Assembly (NCBI GenBank): GCA_011526285.1
Contig: WTJU01000021.1
Location: forward strand, 1-55,233
Reading direction: 5' to 3'
Source: Candidatus Arcticimaribacter sp.
GTDB taxonomy: Bacteria; Bacteroidota; Bacteroidia; Flavobacteriales; Flavobacteriaceae
DNA: 55,233 bases
Under the pieces are notes generated by a model. It was not told where the DNA came from. It did not search any database and worked only from the letters and a program-made list of their open reading frames with translations. Of this stretch, positions 38,158-47,600 are shown piece by piece. Every line of letters begins with the position of its first letter. The first letter of the stretch is position 1. The position numbers and the translations under genes were made by a program.

Positions 38158-38694
38158 TTAAACGTAATAGGGTGAAATCATAATGTAGATGATTACGCCT
38201 GTAATGGTGATGTATAACCAAATTGGAAAGGTTATGCGTGCAATTTTTCTGTGCGAGGTAAACTGCTGTGAAATTGCGCGAACAAAAGAAATCAAAACAA
38301 GCGGTATGATAGCTACAGAAAGGAGAATGTGTGAAATTAAGATGAAATAGTATAGGGTTTTCATCCATCCTTCACCACCGTAAGGGGTCGGGTCTGAAGT
38401 TAAATGATAGATCACATACATTACCAAAAAACTTAGAGACAAGCCAATGGCTGTTTTCATCAATTGTTCGTGTAAGGTGATTTTTCGTTTTTTTATTGCC
38501 CATAACGCGATCATTAAAATGACAGCAGTGTAACCATTTATTGCGGCATAAATTGGCGGAAGAAAGGTAAACGGTTGCACTCCTTCTAAACGAACACGAA
38601 ACAATAACGCAACCACTACTGGAATCAATATAGAAACTGCAATGATTAAATTCTTATAGCGTAATTGGTTGGTTTTTGTGGGTTTCTTTTCCAT
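38158..38694 (-). CDS. DUF420 family membrane protein (CtaM-like oxidase assembly factor)
   Basis: Several TM segments, AIK...H..LM, LISHILLS and HRKIARITFPIWLY..ITGV. Confidence 0.88.
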   Translation of the reverse strand: MEKKPTKTNQLRYKNLIIAVSILIPVVVALLFRVRLEGVQPFTFLPPIYAAINGYTAVILMIALWAIKKRKITLHEQLMKTAIGLSLSFLVMYVIYHLTSDPTPYGGEGWMKTLYYFILISHILLSVAIIPLVLISFVRAISQQFTSHRKIARITFPIWLYITITGVIIYIMISPYYV

Positions 38695-38696
38695 GT

Positions 38697-39401
38697 TTAC
38701 TTTTCATTTAATAGTTGTTCGATATCAACCAAAAGCTGGTCAACACCTTGTTCTTCTACTTCTTCTTGATCAATCCCCATGTAATAAACAATGGGATTAC
38801 CAAAATCGTCTCTTCGCGACCGGATATAACCATTCTTATCTATCAAGGCAAAATATCCTTGGTGTTCAAAACCACCTGCAACAGCTGGGTTTATAGATGC
38901 AAAGATATTAAATCCCTCATTAGCAAGACGGTATACGGATGCTTTCTCTCCTGTCAAAAAATTCCAAGAGGCTGCTTTGTCAACATAACCTTCGGCATAT
39001 TTTTTTAAGACCGATGGGGTGTCATGGGTTGGATCAATGGTAAATGATGCAATGGCAAAATTTTCTTGATTCCCAAAACGGTCATACAATACTTTCATGT
39101 TTTTGTTCATGATTGGGCAAATGGTAGGACAACGACTGAAAAAAAACTCTGCCACATAGACTTTCCCCAAATAGTCTTCATTTGATATATAAAGGCTGTC
39201 TTGATTGAGAAATAAAAACTCAGGAACTTTTTTTGCCTCACCATTTAGGCGAATAAAATCTAAGGAGGTATAACCTGGCTTGATTGTACGGTTACTCGAT
39301 ACGGTTGTGTCATTTTGAACCCTCTTGATGATTTTGGGGATAAAGAGATAACCAAAGATAAGCAGGACTACAATTAACCCTAAAGACTTTTTCAATTTCA
39401 T
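38697..39401 (-). CDS. SCO family copper chaperone
   Basis: FFFSRCPTICP (CxxxC), TIDPTHDTP, WNFLTG and distal His (FEHQG). A TAATTTTG -7 box lies at 39406-39413. Confidence 0.92.
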   Translation of the reverse strand: MKLKKSLGLIVVLLIFGYLFIPKIIKRVQNDTTVSSNRTIKPGYTSLDFIRLNGEAKKVPEFLFLNQDSLYISNEDYLGKVYVAEFFFSRCPTICPIMNKNMKVLYDRFGNQENFAIASFTIDPTHDTPSVLKKYAEGYVDKAASWNFLTGEKASVYRLANEGFNIFASINPAVAGGFEHQGYFALIDKNGYIRSRRDDFGNPIVYYMGIDQEEVEEQGVDQLLVDIEQLLNEK

Positions 39402-39443
39402 AGCACAAAATTAATGAATTTTAAACCAAGATAAACTTGATCT

Positions 39444-40106
39444 CTACTTTGCTCTGTTACTATTATTCTTTTTTAAAGCGAGTCGATATTCGGCTAAGAT
39501 TACTTTGACATCGTCTGTCATTTTTTTGTTGATTTCTGCGACAGAAGAGGTGTTGTATCCGTATAGTGTTCCTACTTCTTCATCGTCGTCTCGCCCGCGA
39601 AGTTTTCTGGCTCTATCTATAATAAAGACAGTAGCTGTACTGGCATTCTCATTGAGTGTAATGTCGGTTTGAAACCCCTTAAATAGGTCTTCTATTTGTT
39701 CTTTTGTTCCAAATATAAACTTCCACTTACTCAAATCGGTGGCAGAACCTGTTTGCAATTCGGCCAAAATTTGCTTTACATTATCTTCAAGCCCCACTTC
39801 AACTGCCATAACAAATTGAAAGTCGTCGAACTGATAAAAGCGTTTGTAAATTTTTTGATTGAGGTTAAAGGCATCGCCTTTACGTAATTCTAAGTCGCTC
39901 CCCCAAAAACCAACAATGGAAATCATTCCATCAAATTGATTTGTACTTCCATTTAATGTAGCCCAATGGCTTATTTCAGGAACGTTTTCTGTAAGGATTG
40001 GTAGGCGTGCAAAATTGTTTATTCCAGAGGCAAAAAAGAGGTATACTACTAGAGGAAAGATAAATAACATCCCCAGAACAATATATTTCTTCACCTCCGC
40101 CCGCAT
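39444..40106 (-). CDS. Hypothetical membrane-anchored protein with SCO/thioredoxin-like similarity but no Cys
   Basis: N-terminal TM, LPIL, W.FIFG and VFIIDR..LRG resemble the SCO scaffold; no CxxxC. Confidence 0.6.
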   Translation of the reverse strand: MRAEVKKYIVLGMLFIFPLVVYLFFASGINNFARLPILTENVPEISHWATLNGSTNQFDGMISIVGFWGSDLELRKGDAFNLNQKIYKRFYQFDDFQFVMAVEVGLEDNVKQILAELQTGSATDLSKWKFIFGTKEQIEDLFKGFQTDITLNENASTATVFIIDRARKLRGRDDDEEVGTLYGYNTSSVAEINKKMTDDVKVILAEYRLALKKNNSNRAK

Positions 40107-40120
40107 AGCCAGTTGGGTGA

Positions 40121-40504
40121 TTAGAAATTCCAGCTGACAAAGCCAGCGTTCATTACTTCAAAAATATAGTCTGCTTCAACCAATAAAATGAATGCTAGAT
40201 AAGGAATCAAGATAATTAGTGGAAGGACAATAGATCCTTTTAAAGACCCCTTTTCATCACGAATGTGCATAAAATCCCATGCAATGTAATAGGCTTTTAC
40301 TATGGTTAGAATGATAAAGATCCAATTCAGGAGTTTCATGCCAAAAAACATGGTCATTAAACTCTCTGGCTTAATGATACCCAACACAACTTCTACGGTA
40401 GTAACGATAGAAAGAAAGATAAGTACTCCCCAAATTTTTTGAACATTTGATTTGAACTTTAAAAGTCCTCTAAAGATGGCTAATTTTTGATCTGCGTGTG
40501 CCAT
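40121..40504 (-). CDS. Cytochrome c oxidase subunit IV family protein
   Basis: IW.V...LSIVT.VEV, LTIVKAYYI...FMH and three TM segments. Confidence 0.88.
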   Translation of the reverse strand: MAHADQKLAIFRGLLKFKSNVQKIWGVLIFLSIVTTVEVVLGIIKPESLMTMFFGMKLLNWIFIILTIVKAYYIAWDFMHIRDEKGSLKGSIVLPLIILIPYLAFILLVEADYIFEVMNAGFVSWNF

Positions 40505-40522
40505 GATTTTTTATATTTTGTG

Positions 40523-41503
40523 TTATACCAAGTAAAAGAAGGTGAAAACGAAAACCCAAACCAAATCGACAAAGTGCCAATACAGTCCTACTTTCTCAAC
40601 CATTTCGTAGTGTCCTCTTCTTTCGTAGGTTCCAACTATAACGTTAAAGAATATGATGATATTTATTACAACTCCCGAGAAAACGTGGAAGCCGTGAAAT
40701 CCAGTAATGAAGAAGAAGAAATCAGCAAATAAACGATTTCCATATTCATTGTGTACAAGATTTGCTCCTTCAACAACGCCAACAGCATCGTTTATTTTAT
40801 CAAGTGAAGCTTCACGAGAGAGTACTATTTTGTGTCCTTTCTCATCAATTTTTTCTCCACGAATAACTAAGTTTTCATTGGCTGCAAAGCCTGCTTTAAT
40901 TTCTTCGACGGTGTAGTTAGGAAGGCTAGATTCATCAACAAACCAAAGTCCGTTACTGCGCTGGTGTGTATCTCTAGTGGAGGGAATATCAGCCGCAAAC
41001 GCTTCTAATGCTACACGTTTACCTGTGTCTGCATCAACAAATTGAAGAATTTGCCCTCCTCGTGTTTCTAAAGCGCCATACTCTCCCTTAATGAAGTTTT
41101 TCCACTCCCAAGCTTGTGATCCTACAAAAACTGCCCCACCAATAATGGTTAGTAGCATGTAAAAGGTCACTTTTGCTTTGTTCATATGATGCCCGGCATC
41201 TACTGCTAACACCATGGTAACTGAGGAGAAAATTAAGATGAATGTCATTAAAGCCACATAGTACATGGGAGCGTCTACTCCATGCAAAAATGGGAAGTGG
41301 GTGAACACCTCATCAGCAATGGGCCATGAATCAATGTTTTTAAAACGTGAAAAACCGTAAGCTACTAGAAATCCTGAGAAAGTGAGTGCATCAGAAACGA
41401 TGAAAAACCACATCATTAATTTACCGTAACTCGCATTTAGGGGTTGGTTCCCTCCACCCCAAACGTTGGTTTCTTCATTGGGGTTGGTTGTTGCTACTTC
41501 CAT
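40523..41503 (-). CDS. Cytochrome c oxidase subunit III
   Basis: KLMMWFFIVSD, SSVTM, QAWEW, FFFITGFHGFHV and GLYWHFVDLVW. A TAAATTTG -7 box lies at 41528-41535. Confidence 0.93.
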   Translation of the reverse strand: MEVATTNPNEETNVWGGGNQPLNASYGKLMMWFFIVSDALTFSGFLVAYGFSRFKNIDSWPIADEVFTHFPFLHGVDAPMYYVALMTFILIFSSVTMVLAVDAGHHMNKAKVTFYMLLTIIGGAVFVGSQAWEWKNFIKGEYGALETRGGQILQFVDADTGKRVALEAFAADIPSTRDTHQRSNGLWFVDESSLPNYTVEEIKAGFAANENLVIRGEKIDEKGHKIVLSREASLDKINDAVGVVEGANLVHNEYGNRLFADFFFFITGFHGFHVFSGVVINIIIFFNVIVGTYERRGHYEMVEKVGLYWHFVDLVWVFVFTFFYLV

Positions 41504-41542
41504 AAAGTAATGTCAAATTTTATGATACAAATTTAAGTGTTT

Positions 41543-42115
41543 TTACTGATAAATTGTCACGAAGACAAACAAATATAGCCAGAGGAAATCGAGGAAATGC
41601 CAAAACAATTCAGCGAGTTCAACCCCTAGTGTTTTATCGCTACTGTACTGATTGCGATAGGCATTGATTAATACTACAGTTAAGACTAGAAGTCCAGCGG
41701 CAACGTGTGCTAAATGCAAAAGTACCAGTACATATAAAAATGATGTTGTAATGGAGCTCTCGGCACCCGTGAAATAATATCCTGAAGCGATAATTTCTCC
41801 AAAGCCCTGAAATTGAAAGTAGACAAAAGCTAGTGTTAATAAAAGGGTGAACCACAACATGCTTTTGAATTGATTCAATTTACCCTGTTTTAATGTTCTT
41901 TTGGCAAAGTAGAATGTTAGACTGCTCAATAAAATAATTGCAGTACTCAAAGAAAAAACGGTAGGCAACTGAAAGCCTTCTAACCAGTCTTCGCGTGAAC
42001 TACTTACAACATAGGCACTCGTTAGACCTGCAAAGGTCATTGCCATACTAATCATCCCGAACCAAAGCATCATTTTTTTGGTTCTACTGTTGCGTTCTTT
42101 TTCGTTAATTTCCAT
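41543..42115 (-). CDS. Cytochrome c oxidase subunit III family protein (short paralog)
   Basis: LWFGMIS..M.FAGLTSAY, LHLAHV and FWHFLDFLW. Confidence 0.9.
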   Translation of the reverse strand: MEINEKERNSRTKKMMLWFGMISMAMTFAGLTSAYVVSSSREDWLEGFQLPTVFSLSTAIILLSSLTFYFAKRTLKQGKLNQFKSMLWFTLLLTLAFVYFQFQGFGEIIASGYYFTGAESSITTSFLYVLVLLHLAHVAAGLLVLTVVLINAYRNQYSSDKTLGVELAELFWHFLDFLWLYLFVFVTIYQ

Positions 42116-43013
42116 AGACTAAAAATTTATCTAACACATAAATCACTTGCACGAGACTTATATAAACAACACTGCTTAACATTAAACGATAGGCCGCCTG
42201 ATGATCTTTCTTTTGCATTAAGTTTCCCGCAAAAAACAACATTATAAAACCAATTAAAGCTACTGCTACCGCACCATAAAGGCTTAAATTTAGACTACCG
42301 GTGTAGTGAGTGAATGGCAATAGTGAAATTAGCACCATCCATAGTGTGTAAACTATAATTTGAAAGGCTGTGCCTTGATCTTTTTTCCCCGTTGGAAGCA
42401 TCTTAAATCCTGCTTTTTTATAATCATCATCCAGCATCCATGCGATTGCCCAAAAATGAGGGAATTGCCAAAAGAACTGCAACATAAATAAAACACCCGG
42501 TTCAACCCCAAAGTAGTTGGTATATGCAACCCATCCTAACATGAATGGGATAGCTCCTGGAAAAGCACCCACAAAAACGGATAAGGGTGTACGTGTTTTT
42601 AATGGCGTGTAAACTGCAACATAAATGAATATCGAAATGCTTCCAAAAAAGGCGGTACGCCAGTTTAAAAGGTAAAGTAATACAATCCCTAAAACGGTTA
42701 AACTTACAGCGATTAGGAGCGCTGTTGACGAACGCATACGTTTAGCAGGAAGAGGGCGATTTTGTGTTCGCTGCATTAAGGCATCCAAATCTTTCTCGAT
42801 GATTTGATTAAATGCGTTAGACGCACCCACTAAACAGTAGCCACCAATGGCCAAAAGTGTTAAATCGAAATAGTCTACAGTATCTGCGGCAAGTAGATAG
42901 CCCGCTAAGGAAGAGAAAACAACGCTCAGCGCTAAGCGCATTTTTGTTATCGCTTTAAAATCGTCGAGCCAATTTACCGTTAATTCTCCTGTAGTCTCAG
43001 CAGACATATTCAT
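42105..43013 (-). CDS. cyoE: Heme o synthase (protoheme IX farnesyltransferase)
   Basis: NQIIEKDLDALMQRT.NRPLP, YTPLK, GAFPGA and FFWQFPHFWA. A TATCTTTG -7 box at 43029-43036 supports a start at 43013 or 43007. Confidence 0.94.
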   Translation of the reverse strand: MNMSAETTGELTVNWLDDFKAITKMRLALSVVFSSLAGYLLAADTVDYFDLTLLAIGGYCLVGASNAFNQIIEKDLDALMQRTQNRPLPAKRMRSSTALLIAVSLTVLGIVLLYLLNWRTAFFGSISIFIYVAVYTPLKTRTPLSVFVGAFPGAIPFMLGWVAYTNYFGVEPGVLFMLQFFWQFPHFWAIAWMLDDDYKKAGFKMLPTGKKDQGTAFQIIVYTLWMVLISLLPFTHYTGSLNLSLYGAVAVALIGFIMLFFAGNLMQKKDHQAAYRLMLSSVVYISLVQVIYVLDKFLVYGN

Positions 43014-43082
43014 TCTTTCTTCCGTGTGCAAAGATAATGCGCTTAGGGTGATATTCCTTGTTTTACAGTGCTTTTTGACCAC

Positions 43083-43110
43083 AAAAAAACCCGAAGTTTC
43101 CTTCGGGTTT
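43083..43110 (-). terminator. Intrinsic terminator after tonB
   Basis: The minus strand reads AAACCCGAAG-GAAA-CTTCGGGTTT followed by further Ts. Confidence 0.85.
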
Positions 43111-43130
43111 AAATCTATACTAAGGTTTGC

Positions 43131-43841
43131 TTATTGCAAACGGAATGTAATAGGAATACTAAAGGGTACACGCACTGCACGCCCACGTTGTTTCCCAGGA
43201 GTCATTTTAGGTAGCTTTGATATAATACGAGCTGCCTCTTTCTCCAAGTTTTTGTCTGGTCCTCGCATTCTAACGCTGGTAATTGAACCATCTTTCGCGA
43301 TCACAAACTGAACGTAAACACGCCCTTGAATTCCCATTTCTTGTGCAATTTCTGGGTAACGGAAATTTTTGCGAATGTGTTTGTTTATTTTTTCTTGAAA
43401 ACAAGCTCTGCGTTGTGACTTTGGTACGTTTTCACAACCAGGGTAAATTGGTACATCTTCAATTACTGCAAAAGGTACATCAACATCTTCAAAGTCATCT
43501 TCAACTTCAATGTCTTCAACTTCAACAATTTCTTCTTGATCTGTTTCGGTAGACTCAATTACTGTTTCTTCCACTTCTTCCTCATCCTCAACGATTTCAA
43601 TCACCTCAGGTGCTGGTGGTGGCGGTGGCGGTGGGGGTGGAGTTTTTAGTTGTTCAGTAATTGGCACTTCCTCATCATCCTCATCTTCAACGTTGAGTGC
43701 TTCATAACCATAGCCTGTTTTATCATAGGTTTTCCATTCAATAGCTTGCCATGAAATAAATAAAACAGAAGCTAATCCAATAGCAAAATAGAGGCTACTG
43801 TTTTTGGTTAAATCTGCTTTAGGGTTCTTTTTTAATTGCAT
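43131..43841 (-). CDS. Energy transducer TonB
   Basis: Single N-terminal TM, poly-Pro and acidic linker, YPEIA...GIQGRVYVQF and PGKQRG..V.V.F..PI.F. Confidence 0.92.
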   Translation of the reverse strand: MQLKKNPKADLTKNSSLYFAIGLASVLFISWQAIEWKTYDKTGYGYEALNVEDEDDEEVPITEQLKTPPPPPPPPPAPEVIEIVEDEEEVEETVIESTETDQEEIVEVEDIEVEDDFEDVDVPFAVIEDVPIYPGCENVPKSQRRACFQEKINKHIRKNFRYPEIAQEMGIQGRVYVQFVIAKDGSITSVRMRGPDKNLEKEAARIISKLPKMTPGKQRGRAVRVPFSIPITFRLQ

Positions 43842-43859
43842 TGCACAAAATTTAGGTAG

Positions 43860-44249
43860 CTAATTTATAAAAATACCGCTTCTGACCACAATTTTTTTTA
43901 CAGTTTTTCCTGTCGCCAAAAAGGTGATGATCCCTATAAAATTTGCTAAGAGATCAAAGGCTTCAAACGTCCTGTAACTCAAGACGTACCCTTGAACAAG
44001 CTCTAATATCATGCCAAAGATAGCTACTGCTATAACTACGGTAATTTTAGTGGACTTCATTTTCCAGTCAATCCAGAGTGACATTCCCATGCAGGTTGAA
44101 AGGACAAAATAGGCGAAACTATGCGCAAGCTTGTCTGATGTAAAGCCCATGGTATTTAGTTGCGGTAACTGCAACGGAACAACGGAAAGGAAAACGATTA
44201 TAGCCCCCACATTGAGCGCTAAGATGGTCCAAATATACCTAGGCGCCAA
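43860..44249 (-). CDS. VanZ family membrane protein
   Basis: [16 protein letters not shown]...RT.E..DLLAN.IG; typical gcvH-vanZ-tonB order. Confidence 0.82.
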   Translation of the reverse strand: MAPRYIWTILALNVGAIIVFLSVVPLQLPQLNTMGFTSDKLAHSFAYFVLSTCMGMSLWIDWKMKSTKITVVIAVAIFGMILELVQGYVLSYRTFEAFDLLANFIGIITFLATGKTVKKIVVRSGIFIN

Positions 44250-44619
44250 TGAGTTCTTTGTAGGCTGCTGCGTTCAATAAAGTTTTAACGTCTTCAGGAT
44301 TATCAAGTTCAACTTTAATCATCCATCCTTCGCCATAAGGGTCATCATTAACAGCCTCTGGTGCGTCTGCCAATGCTTCGTTAACTTCAATTACTGTTCC
44401 GCTAAGTGGCATAAATAGGTCAGATACTGTTTTCACTGCTTCTACCGTACCAAAAACAGCTTCAGCCTCTACAGCTTCATCTAAAGTTTCTACCTCAACA
44501 TATACAATATCTCCCAATTCACTTTGGGCAAAATCTGTAATTCCAATGGTTGCTTTGTTTCCCTCAACAGCAATCCACTCATGATCTTTAGTATAGAATA
44601 AATTCTCGGGTGTATTCAT
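44239..44619 (-). CDS. gcvH: Glycine cleavage system H protein
   Basis: [32 protein letters not shown] lipoyl-Lys and [19 protein letters not shown] -7 box lies at 44641-44648. Confidence 0.96.
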   Translation of the reverse strand: MNTPENLFYTKDHEWIAVEGNKATIGITDFAQSELGDIVYVEVETLDEAVEAEAVFGTVEAVKTVSDLFMPLSGTVIEVNEALADAPEAVNDDPYGEGWMIKVELDNPEDVKTLLNAAAYKELIGA

Positions 44620-44672
44620 GACCAATTTTTTTGATTGAAGCAAATATAATTTTTTGCCCGAAATACCCCCTA

Positions 44673-47600
44673 CTAATTTCCAAAATTGTAGCGGATGGTG
44701 AAGCCAGAACGAATGCTGGTTTGTGGAAATGCTGTAGAAATAGCAAACTTGGAGAAGTTATGGTCATAGAAGAATAACGCCTGTAGGTTTTGTGTTAGCG
44801 CATAATCTGCTGTTACTTTAATAGACCAAAGGGTTTGACCGGCAGTAACTTGATTGTTATCAATTTCAAGATTGCGTAAAACGGTAATATTGTTACGGTA
44901 AGATAAATCTGCTTTTATATTCAAATCTCCTTTTAAGGTGCGTTTTCTACCGCCAATTCGTGTTCTAAAGGGCAGGTCTTGCAGGCGATATCCCATACCT
45001 AAAATATATTCCTCTCCACTTGACTCGGTTAGTAAATTGTTGTCTAAGCTTAAAGACAATGCTCGATCGGTCTTTAGTTCAGCCAAAAACTTAAACGAGT
45101 TTTTCAGTTCAACATCAACGCGCACTAAGGGGTTAAATTGCTCTACTAAGTTTATGTTCCCATAGAGTTTCTCTGGGATAAAGTTCCCCCCGCTATCTTT
45201 AGCATTTGGAGTGGCTGGATCATAATCTAAATTGGTTTGGAATTGATTTATGGTATAGCTGGCACGATACCCGTGCGTGATTGAGAAACGATTGAAACGT
45301 TTTTTAATGGATTTGACATCCATCAAACCAGTAAACTTCAAATTCCAATTGGGCAATGGAACTTTTTGAATTGGATCTAGCGTGATGTTTTCTGGGTTTG
45401 TTCCTGCATAAGCCGCAAAAAATGCCGGAATGACCACTTCTTGTTGACTTTTACTATATCCAGCGGGATATCCTTCTTCATCGCGTTGTGATAAGTCTAA
45501 ACCACGTGCGTTAGCCAAACGCTCTGCTATAGACTGCCGGTAGGTTCTAAATTGGTCAAAATAAGGACTTGCTTCTCCACTTGAGCGCTTAAATGCTGTT
45601 TTAATTAGGAGTGTTGAAATGCCAAAGTTTCCAAAAATATTGGTGTTTAACGGAACATATTCTTGATTGACTACGTTAAAATTCTCCGTGATGCTCTCAG
45701 AGAAATTCCGTTCTGCATTTAGGTCAACAATGAAGCCTTTACCAAAGTCTAGTTGCCCTGTTAAGTTTAGTTGACTGCTATGAACTTGATTAAAGGGTTG
45801 ATTGAAGTTAGGAAAATCGGTAAGCCAGCCTTGTTTCGCAGCTTCATAGCGGATGTCGGCCTGTCCTCCAAAGGTAAAAGCAGCAGTTGGTTGCAGGGTT
45901 CCAACCATTCCTACTTTAGGAAGATAGCCAGGTAAAACTTGTCCATTATTCTCTGTATAAGAAAACTGGAGTCGTTTTAATGTGTTTAGTGCATCAACTA
46001 CTTTAACTAAAACTTTACGCTTTTTCTTGGGCTTTTTTGTTTTGGTTGTGTCTTGTGCTTGCGGTAGTGATCTTCGCGCAACGGGCTGCACACCTCTTCG
46101 CTTTTTTTGTATCCCTAATATTTGATAGAGTCTACTGGTAGAAATAGAACCATTTAGTGCTTTAGAATTTACATTTTGAATGGTGTTAACAATGCCTAAA
46201 ACGTCTCCCGCCTCATTTTGTACATCTGCGAGTACGTCAGATCCGCGTTGCCAATTAAAATCACCTGTGTAACTAAAGTTAGCATCAATAAAGCTTAAAT
46301 ATGGCAGGTAATTGAAGGGCAGCTTGTAGGTCAAATTTAAGGACTGAAAATAGCGGTTAGCATCACCAAAGTCCCATAAACCATCCCAAATCCCTCTGGC
46401 TTTGTCAACGCGCTGACCTCCATCGGGTGTGTCTTCATAGTAATTTTTGACAATGTTATTACTGGAAGCGGTAAAATTCAAACGCAATGCGCGAGTAAGG
46501 TTGTGATTCAATGAATAGGTCCAATCAAACAAGAAATTGCGTTGTTGAAGATCAGGTAAACTCAATTGATTGGCCGCATCTACCCCTTCTAAATATACTT
46601 CTCTAAAACGCTGGCTATTAAACAAACGATTAATGTTGGTACTAATAGAAATGTTTGCTGGAATTGGATTAAAGTTAATTTCTTTCAACCAACGGAGGTA
46701 TTGTTTTCCTCCAAATACTTCCACCTTTTTAAATGGACTTATGTCTAAAGGCTTAAAGGTGTGTGCGTAGTTAGCCCCTAAACGCAACGATTGGTTTGAT
46801 TGGTTTTCAATTTCATAATCACGGTGACTTAGCTCATTGAAAGCGTAAGAAAAGTCAAAATTTTCAATGTTATAGAATCGCGCTTTGGCGGGGCTTCCAT
46901 TTTTACGCACGCCAATCAAACTGATGTTTTTTCGCTTGGTATAATCTACTGCTTGTCTTTTAATGGCTTTTCGCTCTTGTGGACTTTCAGCACTTGCCAT
47001 GCGATCTTCCAAACGAAGGTCTTGATAGAATGGGTCGTATTCTGGGGTAATTTGTGTTTCGCCAACGCTGTAGCTTATGGGAAGGTTAACTCCCCATTTT
47101 TGAGGGAATAATTGTCCTGCATTAACGGTAGAAACCAAGTCGTACTGCATCATCTCCTCTCGGCTGCGTTGGTTTGGTGATTGATCTATACTTCCAAAAC
47201 CAACTGTAGAAAATCGTCCGCTAGCACTCAAATTAGCAAAATCGGCAACATTTGCTTCTAATGCACCAATGGCTGCCCAACCTCCTTGGCTATCTATTCC
47301 GGCAATGCGAAGTTCGTTAAACCATACTTCGCCACACAAGGCATCACCCACTTGTGTAGAAGGGTTCTTTACCCCTATCATCATGGTTTTGATTGCCCCC
47401 AAAGATGGGTTCCCTTTAATTGATAGTTTGTATCGCTTCTCTCCGGGCAAGCTACTAATCGGGGTAAACTCATCAATTGGGTTTAGTTCTTCATCAAAAT
47501 AACGGGCTGTGCGGAACGAGGGGCTGTTTAGATAAGCAGCTTTAATTTTAGCGAGTAATTCAACAGGTACATCAATGGAGTTTGTTTCAGGCATCCATAC

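Noticed and set aside
37936-43013. Oxidase cluster lacking subunits I and II
   Set aside because: In flavobacteria, cox1 and cox2 are commonly encoded separately with the alternative complex III genes, so their absence here is not evidence of a novel oxidase.
43608-43641. G-rich GGT/GGC triplet repeat
   Set aside because: It encodes the normal poly-proline linker of TonB.
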